Shown piece by piece: positions 9,084-16,649 of a stretch of DNA of 35,402 nucleotides; positions within the stretch are counted from its first letter, which is position 1; the number at the start of each line of letters is the position of its first letter. A model generated the notes under the pieces. It had not been told where the DNA came from. It was given only the letters and a program-made list of their open reading frames with translations, and made no database searches. The DNA lies in the IMG/VR virus record IMGVR_UViG_3300037631_000271, positions 1 through 35,402 of that record, one strand, 5' to 3'. The position numbers and the translations under genes were made by a program. The DNA is from a virus (taxonomy: Duplodnaviria > Caudoviricetes).

Positions 9084-9109
9084 GGGGGCAAGTTGCCCTG
9101 CCCCCAAAA
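9081..9109 (-). terminator. Rho-independent terminator after the capsid operon (possibly bidirectional)
   Basis: GGGGGCAGG-GCAA-CTTGCCCCC hairpin with a GNRA loop, followed by a short T run. Confidence 0.75.
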
Positions 9110-9112
9110 GTA

Positions 9113-9565
9113 TTATGTACCCGTAGTTACGGAAGCAGTCTGCTTAGGACCTGTTCCGATATCGCACAGGATGGCGATAACGCGGAAGCGTCCTGCAGTT
9201 ACGCCTGCACCCAGTGCCTTAACCTGAATGGCGTCAGCAGCAATAACAGTATTGATGCCCGCAGCCTTGAGGTTAAACTGGTAGATGGCGTCAGCGTTTC
9301 CGTCAACACCGTCAGCAAAAGCGTCGATGTCAGTGCTGAGACCCACATCGTAGGTCAAGCCTGAACCGCCTGCTTCAAGAACATCGATACATCCGCCAAT
9401 AACCATTGTATTGTCCGGAACATCGATCATCTGAACGACATCGTTAGCTGACAGGTTCTGGTCAGCAGCATCGAAGATGCGAGACTGGACCATGTAAGGC
9501 CGGGGAACATTGCCGGGATGTCCGACAGTGCCGCCACCGGGAATGGTATGATTGTAAGTAGTCAT
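9113..9565 (-). CDS. Putative capsid decoration / minor capsid protein
   Basis: 150 aa, beta-rich, directly downstream of MCP with a strong AAGGGAGG RBS and capsid-like codon bias. Confidence 0.65.
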   Translation of the reverse strand: MTTYNHTIPGGGTVGHPGNVPRPYMVQSRIFDAADQNLSANDVVQMIDVPDNTMVIGGCIDVLEAGGSGLTYDVGLSTDIDAFADGVDGNADAIYQFNLKAAGINTVIAADAIQVKALGAGVTAGRFRVIAILCDIGTGPKQTASVTTGT

Positions 9566-9580
9566 TTACTTAACCCTCCC

Positions 9581-10558
9581 TTACGCGAAGTCAATGACGC
9601 CGCGAACGACAGCTTCTGGACGCAGAACTTTGCGACCGAAAACGTGCAGACCACGAATCACGTCAGAGAACGACTCAGTTGAACGAACCACTTCGGTCTT
9701 AGCAATGTGCGAAGCAGTGGAGGTGGACGACATGTGACCTGCGAGAATAACATTCTCAGAGGCGTCAGTTGCCACACCAGACAGAGTTACCTGATCGGTA
9801 CCTGCTGTTGAGTTGAGTGCGGTGGACTTGTAGCAGCGGAAACCAGCAAGGGTGCCCGGTACAGCAAGACCGTTACGCAGTGGTGAAGTACCATCGCCGG
9901 TTACCTGAACTTCAGCCATTTTATTACCGGCTTGGAACATCTTCTCGTAGAAGATCGGCGGTGCTACGAACCAGCGATTCTCTTCCGGCACAGACTGATC
10001 GTCAAGCGAACGTGCCATCAGCAGCATCAGGTTGATGCCTGCATCGTCGGTTTCTACGTTGATTGGAGCGGATGCTGTGCCCAGAGCAGAGTTGGTAGTG
10101 GTCAACCCGCCAGAGAGTGAGGCATCGTCAGCACCTGCAATGCCTGCACCATCTGACATGGCTTGCAGGACATTGGCGTCGTACTTACGCTTCAGGGCAA
10201 ATGCACCAGATGAGGTAGCAAGTGCTTCGAAGTTTACGTGCGAGTGCCGCTCTTCGATGTCGTCGATCTTAAACGCGAAAGCGTTTGCATTATCGACAAC
10301 CATCGTGATTTGATCGTCAGCCAAGTCTTGTGCGTTTACAACGGAACCCCGTGTGTATGCACTGACAGTGACTGTTGGTTCTTTGATGATGCGAACCGTG
10401 TCGCCAAAGTTTTCAATTTCGCCCGCGTAGTCGGTGTTTGTAATGTCTTCTACAACCGAAGCACGACGGAAGAACTTGAGAACCTTTTGGCTGAAAATTT
10501 CCGGTGCGAAGTTACCGGAAGGCAGGTTTGCGTAACCTGCAGCAGTACCAAATGCCAT
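9581..10558 (-). CDS. Major capsid protein (HK97 fold)
   Basis: 325 aa, NFAPEIFSQKVLKFF, TNTDYAGEI..FGDTVRI, FSDVIRGLHVFGRKVLRPEA. Follows the scaffold gene and has an AGGAAGGA RBS. Confidence 0.92.
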   Translation of the reverse strand: MAFGTAAGYANLPSGNFAPEIFSQKVLKFFRRASVVEDITNTDYAGEIENFGDTVRIIKEPTVTVSAYTRGSVVNAQDLADDQITMVVDNANAFAFKIDDIEERHSHVNFEALATSSGAFALKRKYDANVLQAMSDGAGIAGADDASLSGGLTTTNSALGTASAPINVETDDAGINLMLLMARSLDDQSVPEENRWFVAPPIFYEKMFQAGNKMAEVQVTGDGTSPLRNGLAVPGTLAGFRCYKSTALNSTAGTDQVTLSGVATDASENVILAGHMSSTSTASHIAKTEVVRSTESFSDVIRGLHVFGRKVLRPEAVVRGVIDFA

Positions 10559-10588
10559 TGGTTCTTTCCTTCCTTCTTGAGGTTAAGG

Positions 10589-11482
10589 TTAGTTGTTAGG
10601 GTCGATCCGTCCCTCTTGACGCGCAGAGTCGAGTTCTTCTTCGAGTTTCTCGAACTCCCACGGCTTGAGACTACGGATTTCGGAAGCCTTCCACACCTTG
10701 CCGTCTACTTTTGCAGTCGCTACTTCTCTCGCGGAGGTCTTAGTAACTGCATCTGCTGCAGAAGGTTTTGTGGTCTTCTTCCTTTTTGCCGGTACACCAG
10801 TATCGGCCTTGTAGAGGTCTATGACCCGTGCCGCCCATTTAGCATCCGTATTGTTTTTGTAGATGCCATCTGAGATTGACTCAGGCTGTTCTTCGAGCCA
10901 CGAAAGAAACTTTTCATCTGACTTGATCTCGTCGAAGTCTGAGTGATGATTGAGCAGTTGCTGGTAAGCCTTCTGCTTTTGTAGTTCCTTTTCACGCTCT
11001 TTGATTGTACCTAGTTCCTCGCGGAGTTCGGCAACTTGTGATTCAGCCTGATAGGATGAAACGGTCTGTACGACTTCGAACACTTCTGGATACTGATCTT
11101 TGAATGCTTGCAGTTCTTCTGGAGTCTTTGGCATTGCTACCCCCTTCGGCATCTGTGCTTGAGGAGATTGCATAACCGTTTTTAATTCCGCGATTTCCTG
11201 CTTGAATTCATTTACCTTTGTATCGTAGTGTCGTTTGAGGTCGTCATATCGTTTCTTGTAGTCGTGTTCAGCTTCTTGCTTTTGTTCTACGAAACTGCTT
11301 GCTTGTTGCGGAGTAGCCTCTTCGGGGTCCGCGTCTTGTGCTTCTACAGTCTCTTCCGCTTCGTTGTCTTCGTCGTCTTTGTAGACATCTTCGCGGTGCT
11401 TCCCACGATATAACGAGTCATTGTTGATTGTTCCGAATGAATCGTTAGGTTTGTTGGCACGGTGGCCTCTTGCTTTTGCCAT
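10589..11482 (-). CDS. Capsid scaffolding protein
   Basis: 297 aa, acidic and coiled-coil, HDYKKRYDDLKRH and C-terminal ARQEGRI, immediately upstream of MCP. Confidence 0.85.
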   Translation of the reverse strand: MAKARGHRANKPNDSFGTINNDSLYRGKHREDVYKDDEDNEAEETVEAQDADPEEATPQQASSFVEQKQEAEHDYKKRYDDLKRHYDTKVNEFKQEIAELKTVMQSPQAQMPKGVAMPKTPEELQAFKDQYPEVFEVVQTVSSYQAESQVAELREELGTIKEREKELQKQKAYQQLLNHHSDFDEIKSDEKFLSWLEEQPESISDGIYKNNTDAKWAARVIDLYKADTGVPAKRKKTTKPSAADAVTKTSAREVATAKVDGKVWKASEIRSLKPWEFEKLEEELDSARQEGRIDPNN

Positions 11483-11498
11483 TTTATTACCTCTTGAT

Positions 11499-11567
11499 AG
11501 CGGGGCTACTTTGGCGTGTAGGTAGCCGCTCCGGTTGTGCTGGGGCCGTTGTTAGCGGGTAGCCAGC
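11499..11567 (-). promoter_or_regulatory. Tandem structured RNA element in the scaffold 5' leader
   Basis: Two hairpins, GCUGG-CUAC-CCG(7)CGG-CC-CCAGC and AGCGG-CUAC-CUAC(8)GUAG-CC-CCGCU, share an identical internal loop. Confidence 0.7.
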
Positions 11568-11570
11568 GAA

Positions 11571-14264
11571 TTAGTTAAAAAGATCACTTACGAACTTTTT
11601 AAAGAAATTTTTCTTAATGCGTTTTGCGCGAGGCGGGACTTTTCTGCCTTTGAGAGCAGCGGCAGCTATGTTTTCGTAGTATTCATTTAACTCGCGCTGC
11701 ATAGGGTCAAAAGAAGCAAACTCTTGTCTACCTGCCTGAAGAGAAAGAGGAGAAATAGGTGGCACTGAAGGGTCGGACTTAGATGCTGTCATTCGATTGT
11801 GATAATCGTAGTAGTCCATCAGACGTTCTTCCGCACGAGGAGTGCCTATTACATTTTTAAGTTTACCTTCATTGTGGATATAATTTAGTGCTGCGTGTCT
11901 AAGTTCATGCGCCATCGTTATAAATACACCTGCTCTACTCATTTCTTGCGGTGTGTTTATAATCTTGCCGTCTTTATCCCTACGTACTTCTAGAGCCGGA
12001 TTCTTTTCTGCGTAGTAATAGATAGACGGGATATCTGTACGTATATCCTTTCCTACTTGCATCTTTCCCAGTGTCGGCATCACTGTCTGATCAGTATCTG
12101 CCTTTGCGACCTCGACAGGACCGGGATACATTTCCTGTCCTTTTTTAGGAAAGTAAATGCCGCCAAGACTTGACGCCGCGTAATCCTCTCCTGTATTGGG
12201 GTTTCGAAGCATGACCCCCGTCATGTCAATTTCGCCCTTAGAGTACAAGTCCCAACCAAGCCGTGCTAGTTTATCGTCTTTGATGTACGACTCTAAGTCC
12301 GCGCGAAGTTCTACATCTGCAAGGGCTTCGTCTCTACGTCTATCGACAAGGGAGGGCTTGGGAGTCGGAAGAACCTCATCCCCTTCTGCGTACTTTCCCA
12401 CGTCGAGGAATCCACCTCCTGCAGCACCCACTGGGCGTTGACCGTTTTCTTCGATACGTTTAGATGTTTCTTTCTTGCCGCGATTATTGATCTTTTCGAG
12501 GCGGTCATATCCAATGATCTTGGCGATGTGTGGAGGTATGATAACTTCCCCACGAGAAACGGCTACGTCGATTTCTTCCTTAGATGGTGTACGTCCCATG
12601 ACTTCCTTGCCACCACGAACGCGATAGTTTTCGTATGCCTTGTTGAGCATCTTGGCTATATCTGTTTCACCGGCTATTTCGACGGCTGCAGCGTTGATGA
12701 CAAACGTGCCCTCTGGGACGCTCATAGGCTTGTCGTCAGCCACAGTGGCCGCTTCGGATACCTGTGATGGGGGACGCTCTACGAAGCCTGCTGGTGCAGC
12801 CTGTGGAGCGGTTCCGCCCATCTGCATACCGACACGGCCACCGTCTGCGAAGTACGCACCGGCAATTTCTTGTTCAGTGTAGCTATCTTGAAATCCAGAA
12901 GTAGTGTCTTGACCAAAACCTCCGGGATCAGCAGGATTAAAATCGTCATCTTCTTGCTGCTGCTGTTCTCGATATCTTTGTTCAGCCTCTTTTTGTCTTC
13001 TTTCTTTATCTCTAGCGGCCTGTGCTTCTGCCTGTTTTTTGGCTTCTTCTTCTCTAGCAGCAGCCATACGCTCTTCATTGCCGGGAAGACCAACAGCCAC
13101 TTCAACTCGTCTTCGCGCAAGATCGGCAGGAGTTCGACCTGCTTCGTAGCCCATAGAACCCGGTGCGCGGTATGCACTAGAAGCATAACTTGGACGGACT
13201 GCGCCCGCTACGGACGTGGTGCCCGCGCCTGCAGTTCCGCTGCCCTCGTCATCCTGTGTGGTGCCTGATCCATACTTACCGACTACGTAATTTTTGACAA
13301 AATCTTGCGCTGTTCCCAAATTATCATTGTACGTAGAACCGTCCTGTCGGCGTACAGTTTCGAACGTGCCTATACCGCCCCTCATACTTGCATCTAGGGC
13401 TTGTTTCATTTCGAGGGCGGCTGAAGAAACATTTATTCCCGCCAGACTAATTCCCCGTTCGTTCATAGCATCTACAAACAATTTTTCACGCAGGGCAGTG
13501 GCCTGACTAGCACTGCCTCCCTGAACTCCGGATGCGCTGTGAACAGTGCCGTATGCGTCCATAGCTGCGCCACCGATGCTGGTCAGATATCCCTTGCCAG
13601 TTTGCTCCCAACCGCCTCCATCTTCGTCGGCAACTTGGTTCTCCTGCATTGTGCCGGGAATAAATCCTCGTCGTATTGCCTCTACATTAGCAACTTGCTG
13701 CTGGGTCATTCCACCTAGAGTGCCACTGTATATTCTGCTGCCGGGGGCACGACTAATAGTTTGATTATTGAATTTGAACATAGCACCGCCGGTTCCGCCG
13801 GATTCTGCTATTTTGTTGGCATTTTTCAGTTGTTCTTTTCTGTTCATAGCTGCACCGACTGCCATCATTGCACCCAAGCCGGGTACGCCCGTAGCTGTGC
13901 CAATCAGTAGTTCTGGTTTGGTTTGTATTTGATTTTTAGCCCAGTCTACAAAACCGCTCAGTGATTTGTCTTTGCCAGCACCTGTTTTTTCTTGCTCAGT
14001 TTCGCTAAAGTTTTTTATGTAGTCATTGTAGTCATAATCTTCTGAGGAAAAGGCGGGCATTCCTGTGGTAATATTCATCTGGTTAAAAATGCTTGCCCCA
14101 TCGTCGTCCCCTACAGGTGAAAGAACGTCAGGACTAACAGTGTCAGTGGGATCAGCATCCACAGGTGGCGGAGCCTTTTTTACGTCGATGCCGCCAAATC
14201 CTCCATAGTAGTCAATGAAAGAAGACTGGTATTCGTCTGGTGTGTATGTTTTTCTGTCAACCAT
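11571..14264 (-). CDS. Putative internal virion (ejection) protein with C-terminal HEXXH zincin-like domain
   Basis: 897 aa, Gly/Ala-rich with a coiled coil, ADDKPMSVPEGTFVIN and VAVSRGEVII motifs, and ITMAHELRHAAL. Lies between portal and scaffold. Confidence 0.65.
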   Translation of the reverse strand: MVDRKTYTPDEYQSSFIDYYGGFGGIDVKKAPPPVDADPTDTVSPDVLSPVGDDDGASIFNQMNITTGMPAFSSEDYDYNDYIKNFSETEQEKTGAGKDKSLSGFVDWAKNQIQTKPELLIGTATGVPGLGAMMAVGAAMNRKEQLKNANKIAESGGTGGAMFKFNNQTISRAPGSRIYSGTLGGMTQQQVANVEAIRRGFIPGTMQENQVADEDGGGWEQTGKGYLTSIGGAAMDAYGTVHSASGVQGGSASQATALREKLFVDAMNERGISLAGINVSSAALEMKQALDASMRGGIGTFETVRRQDGSTYNDNLGTAQDFVKNYVVGKYGSGTTQDDEGSGTAGAGTTSVAGAVRPSYASSAYRAPGSMGYEAGRTPADLARRRVEVAVGLPGNEERMAAAREEEAKKQAEAQAARDKERRQKEAEQRYREQQQQEDDDFNPADPGGFGQDTTSGFQDSYTEQEIAGAYFADGGRVGMQMGGTAPQAAPAGFVERPPSQVSEAATVADDKPMSVPEGTFVINAAAVEIAGETDIAKMLNKAYENYRVRGGKEVMGRTPSKEEIDVAVSRGEVIIPPHIAKIIGYDRLEKINNRGKKETSKRIEENGQRPVGAAGGGFLDVGKYAEGDEVLPTPKPSLVDRRRDEALADVELRADLESYIKDDKLARLGWDLYSKGEIDMTGVMLRNPNTGEDYAASSLGGIYFPKKGQEMYPGPVEVAKADTDQTVMPTLGKMQVGKDIRTDIPSIYYYAEKNPALEVRRDKDGKIINTPQEMSRAGVFITMAHELRHAALNYIHNEGKLKNVIGTPRAEERLMDYYDYHNRMTASKSDPSVPPISPLSLQAGRQEFASFDPMQRELNEYYENIAAAALKGRKVPPRAKRIKKNFFKKFVSDLFN

Positions 14265-14481
14265 TGCTTTTTACCACTGCCTCGTGACTATCCTTCAACT
14301 TCAGGAGCATTTCCAGTAAACCCAGCTTCCCCTGCACTTGGCGCAGTTCCGACTCCGATTGTGCCGTTACCACGGCCCGAATCATCGACTCCCGGAGGTC
14401 CGTCAGGTACTCCTCCATTTGGGGCCATTCCTTGCTGTAGAGGAGAGGGGCCAGCTTCTGAGCCTGCTGCTTGTTGAGCAT
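14257..14481 (-). CDS. Small helical protein overlapping the portal 3' end
   Basis: 74 aa, AAGGA RBS, ELRQVQGKLGLLEMLLKLK resembles the small gene that usually follows portal. Its stop overlaps the start of the next gene. Confidence 0.65.
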   Translation of the reverse strand: MLNKQQAQKLAPLLYSKEWPQMEEYLTDLRESMIRAVVTAQSESELRQVQGKLGLLEMLLKLKDSHEAVVKSNG

Positions 14482-16408
14482 TTTGCATCATTCCTTGTAG
14501 CATCTGTGCGTACACTTGCGCCTCGTTGGCGTCGTTAACCAAGCTGTCAGGATCGATGTCCTGTGAAATAGCTAGTTCACGCATCAAGTTTGGTATCTTC
14601 ACAAACGGAGCCAGCATAGGGTTGGCTACAGTTTGCAGCAGTGAGGTGAGTCGTTGTGTACGTACTTCCTTTTGCATGACGGCTGCTACGCCACGTGGTT
14701 TAATCTCTAGGTCACCTGTGATGTCATCTATGTTTTCTCCGAACTGCATGTTCCACTGAAAGAACGCTTCACCAATCGGCTTGAGCAGATGATCGTCGAT
14801 GTTCTTGATAACCGTCTTCATCGACAAGCCTGCACTGCCCATCAGCATAGACAAGCCTGCTGCAGTGCGTCCGGTGCCGGTGACTCCCGTCTGGCCGTGT
14901 GTGATCGACGGAATGCCTGTCTCTTCGTCAGCAAGCTGGCGTGAGATTTGATACATCTGGATGTTTTCACCGGCAGTGTTCGGAAACTTGAGGCCGTTGA
15001 TTGCCGTGCCGGTGACGCCCGACTGACGACGGAATATCTTACCGGGGAAGATGTCCATGTTCTGTCCGGGTACCAACGACGCCTCATCGACATCGAAGAC
15101 GAGGTTGCCAGCGAGGGCAAGGTTGTCAATTGCCATACGAACGTGGCCGTTCATCAGCATCTGTGCGTCTTCCATGTTCTCCGCAACACCAACGCCCCAG
15201 ATTTGATAGGGATTGATTTCGAATGGAAAAGCCTGATACGGAATACGTGCTGGGGTGAACGGGTTTACGACGCAGCGAAGGATCATTGTACCGCATACCC
15301 AGATGTTGACTTGCATCTGGTCAAACTCTGACATGTCTTCAGCACCCTCTAGTCCGACTTCTTTTGCGAACTTAGAGTCGAGGACGCCCCAATATTCTAG
15401 GACTTCGTAACGGTTCTCAGAGATGTGAGGTTCGGTTTCGTCCTCACGGATTGTGTCCTCATAGTATTTATCTTCGTAGTTTGGCCCCTTTGCGAGGCAC
15501 TCTTCAATTGCTTGGGCGTCAAAGTGAGGACGCATAACAAGGCTACGAAGCTGCTGTCGATTCATGCGGTGACGTTCGATAACGTACTCGCAGTCCTCTA
15601 CAGACGTGGCGGACGGATCAGGATGAAAGTCCCAGACAGATACGTGTTCGATGCGAGGGACCGTACGCTCGTAGGGGTCGTACTCCCGCTCTCCCTCTTC
15701 ATTCATCTTCCAGTTGTGAACACGCTTGTAGAAGTTGAATGGTCCCTTGACAATACCTGTGCCGAACAGAGACGACTCAAAGATAGCCTTGCGAAACTCG
15801 CTGACGGCATTTGTGTCGAGCAACTGATCGTGGATACACTTCTCCATCTTCCGTGCCTGCTCTTTTGCAGGCTCGAACTGCGGCTCTCCTGCGCGGGACT
15901 TGCCCGCTAGGATCATATCTCCGAAGTCTTTGCCGTAGGAACCCAGACGATGCGGCTCATTGGCTTGCATCGCTCCGGGTGCAAGTTCACGACCATCTCC
16001 CGGAAATCCGTAGGGATCACTGGGTGCTTGGGTTGCTTCGTCTAGGGGCGTACGCATATGAGCAAACTGCTCAATGCCTTCCGGCATCGGAGTTGCTTCT
16101 ACTACAAGTGGGAACTTCTTGTTGGCAAACAGAATGTCGATAATCTGCCCGTACGCAGCAAGGACCTTTGTCTTGGTGATCTTGATGAACACCTTAGACT
16201 TCTCGCTGTCGCGGTACTGCGTCGTACTATCGTAGATTCCACGAAAGTTTTTATACGCCTGCAGCCATCGCTGTTCGTATGAGAACCGTCCGTTTTCTGC
16301 GTCGTCAAACTTAGCCTTGATGTGGCCCGCAAGTCCGGGCATCTGCTCATCAGGGTTTATAATCGGAATCGCTCGTTCGTCGTCCGGCTCTAGGAAATTA
16401 TCGGCCAT
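14288..16408 (-). CDS. Portal protein
   Basis: 706 aa, RWLQAYKNFRG, SKVFIKITKTKV, VSVWDFHPDP, GVGVAENMEDAQ, RMAIDNLAL, TAAGLSMLM. Confidence 0.92.
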   Translation of the reverse strand: MADNFLEPDDERAIPIINPDEQMPGLAGHIKAKFDDAENGRFSYEQRWLQAYKNFRGIYDSTTQYRDSEKSKVFIKITKTKVLAAYGQIIDILFANKKFPLVVEATPMPEGIEQFAHMRTPLDEATQAPSDPYGFPGDGRELAPGAMQANEPHRLGSYGKDFGDMILAGKSRAGEPQFEPAKEQARKMEKCIHDQLLDTNAVSEFRKAIFESSLFGTGIVKGPFNFYKRVHNWKMNEEGEREYDPYERTVPRIEHVSVWDFHPDPSATSVEDCEYVIERHRMNRQQLRSLVMRPHFDAQAIEECLAKGPNYEDKYYEDTIREDETEPHISENRYEVLEYWGVLDSKFAKEVGLEGAEDMSEFDQMQVNIWVCGTMILRCVVNPFTPARIPYQAFPFEINPYQIWGVGVAENMEDAQMLMNGHVRMAIDNLALAGNLVFDVDEASLVPGQNMDIFPGKIFRRQSGVTGTAINGLKFPNTAGENIQMYQISRQLADEETGIPSITHGQTGVTGTGRTAAGLSMLMGSAGLSMKTVIKNIDDHLLKPIGEAFFQWNMQFGENIDDITGDLEIKPRGVAAVMQKEVRTQRLTSLLQTVANPMLAPFVKIPNLMRELAISQDIDPDSLVNDANEAQVYAQMLQGMMQNAQQAAGSEAGPSPLQQGMAPNGGVPDGPPGVDDSGRGNGTIGVGTAPSAGEAGFTGNAPEVEG

Positions 16409-16417
16409 GTCGCTTCC

Positions 16418-16636
16418 TTAGTAGTCGCGTTCGTCTGCCATCTTAAACAGTGAAGCTTCCACAGTTGCTTTTGTTTGCTTCTTGGGCATAGCTTCAATCA
16501 TCGGGCCAGTTACGACACGACCATCAAACTCCAAGCCTTCACGGTAGAGTTGTGTTGCGCCTTCGTCTTTATCGACGCTGGTCTTGTCGGCACTCATAAT
16601 GTATGATGCGCCGTAGTTGTAGTTATTACCGGGCAT
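16418..16636 (-). CDS. Small hypothetical protein
   Basis: 72 aa, GGGGAG RBS, fills the gap between neighbours. Confidence 0.7.
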   Translation of the reverse strand: MPGNNYNYGASYIMSADKTSVDKDEGATQLYREGLEFDGRVVTGPMIEAMPKKQTKATVEASLFKMADERDY

Positions 16637-16649
16637 AGGTTTCTCTCCC

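Noticed and set aside
9560-9600. T7-like frameshift or read-through extension of the major capsid protein
   Set aside because: No slippery site was recognised, a second in-frame stop follows, and the next gene has its own strong RBS.
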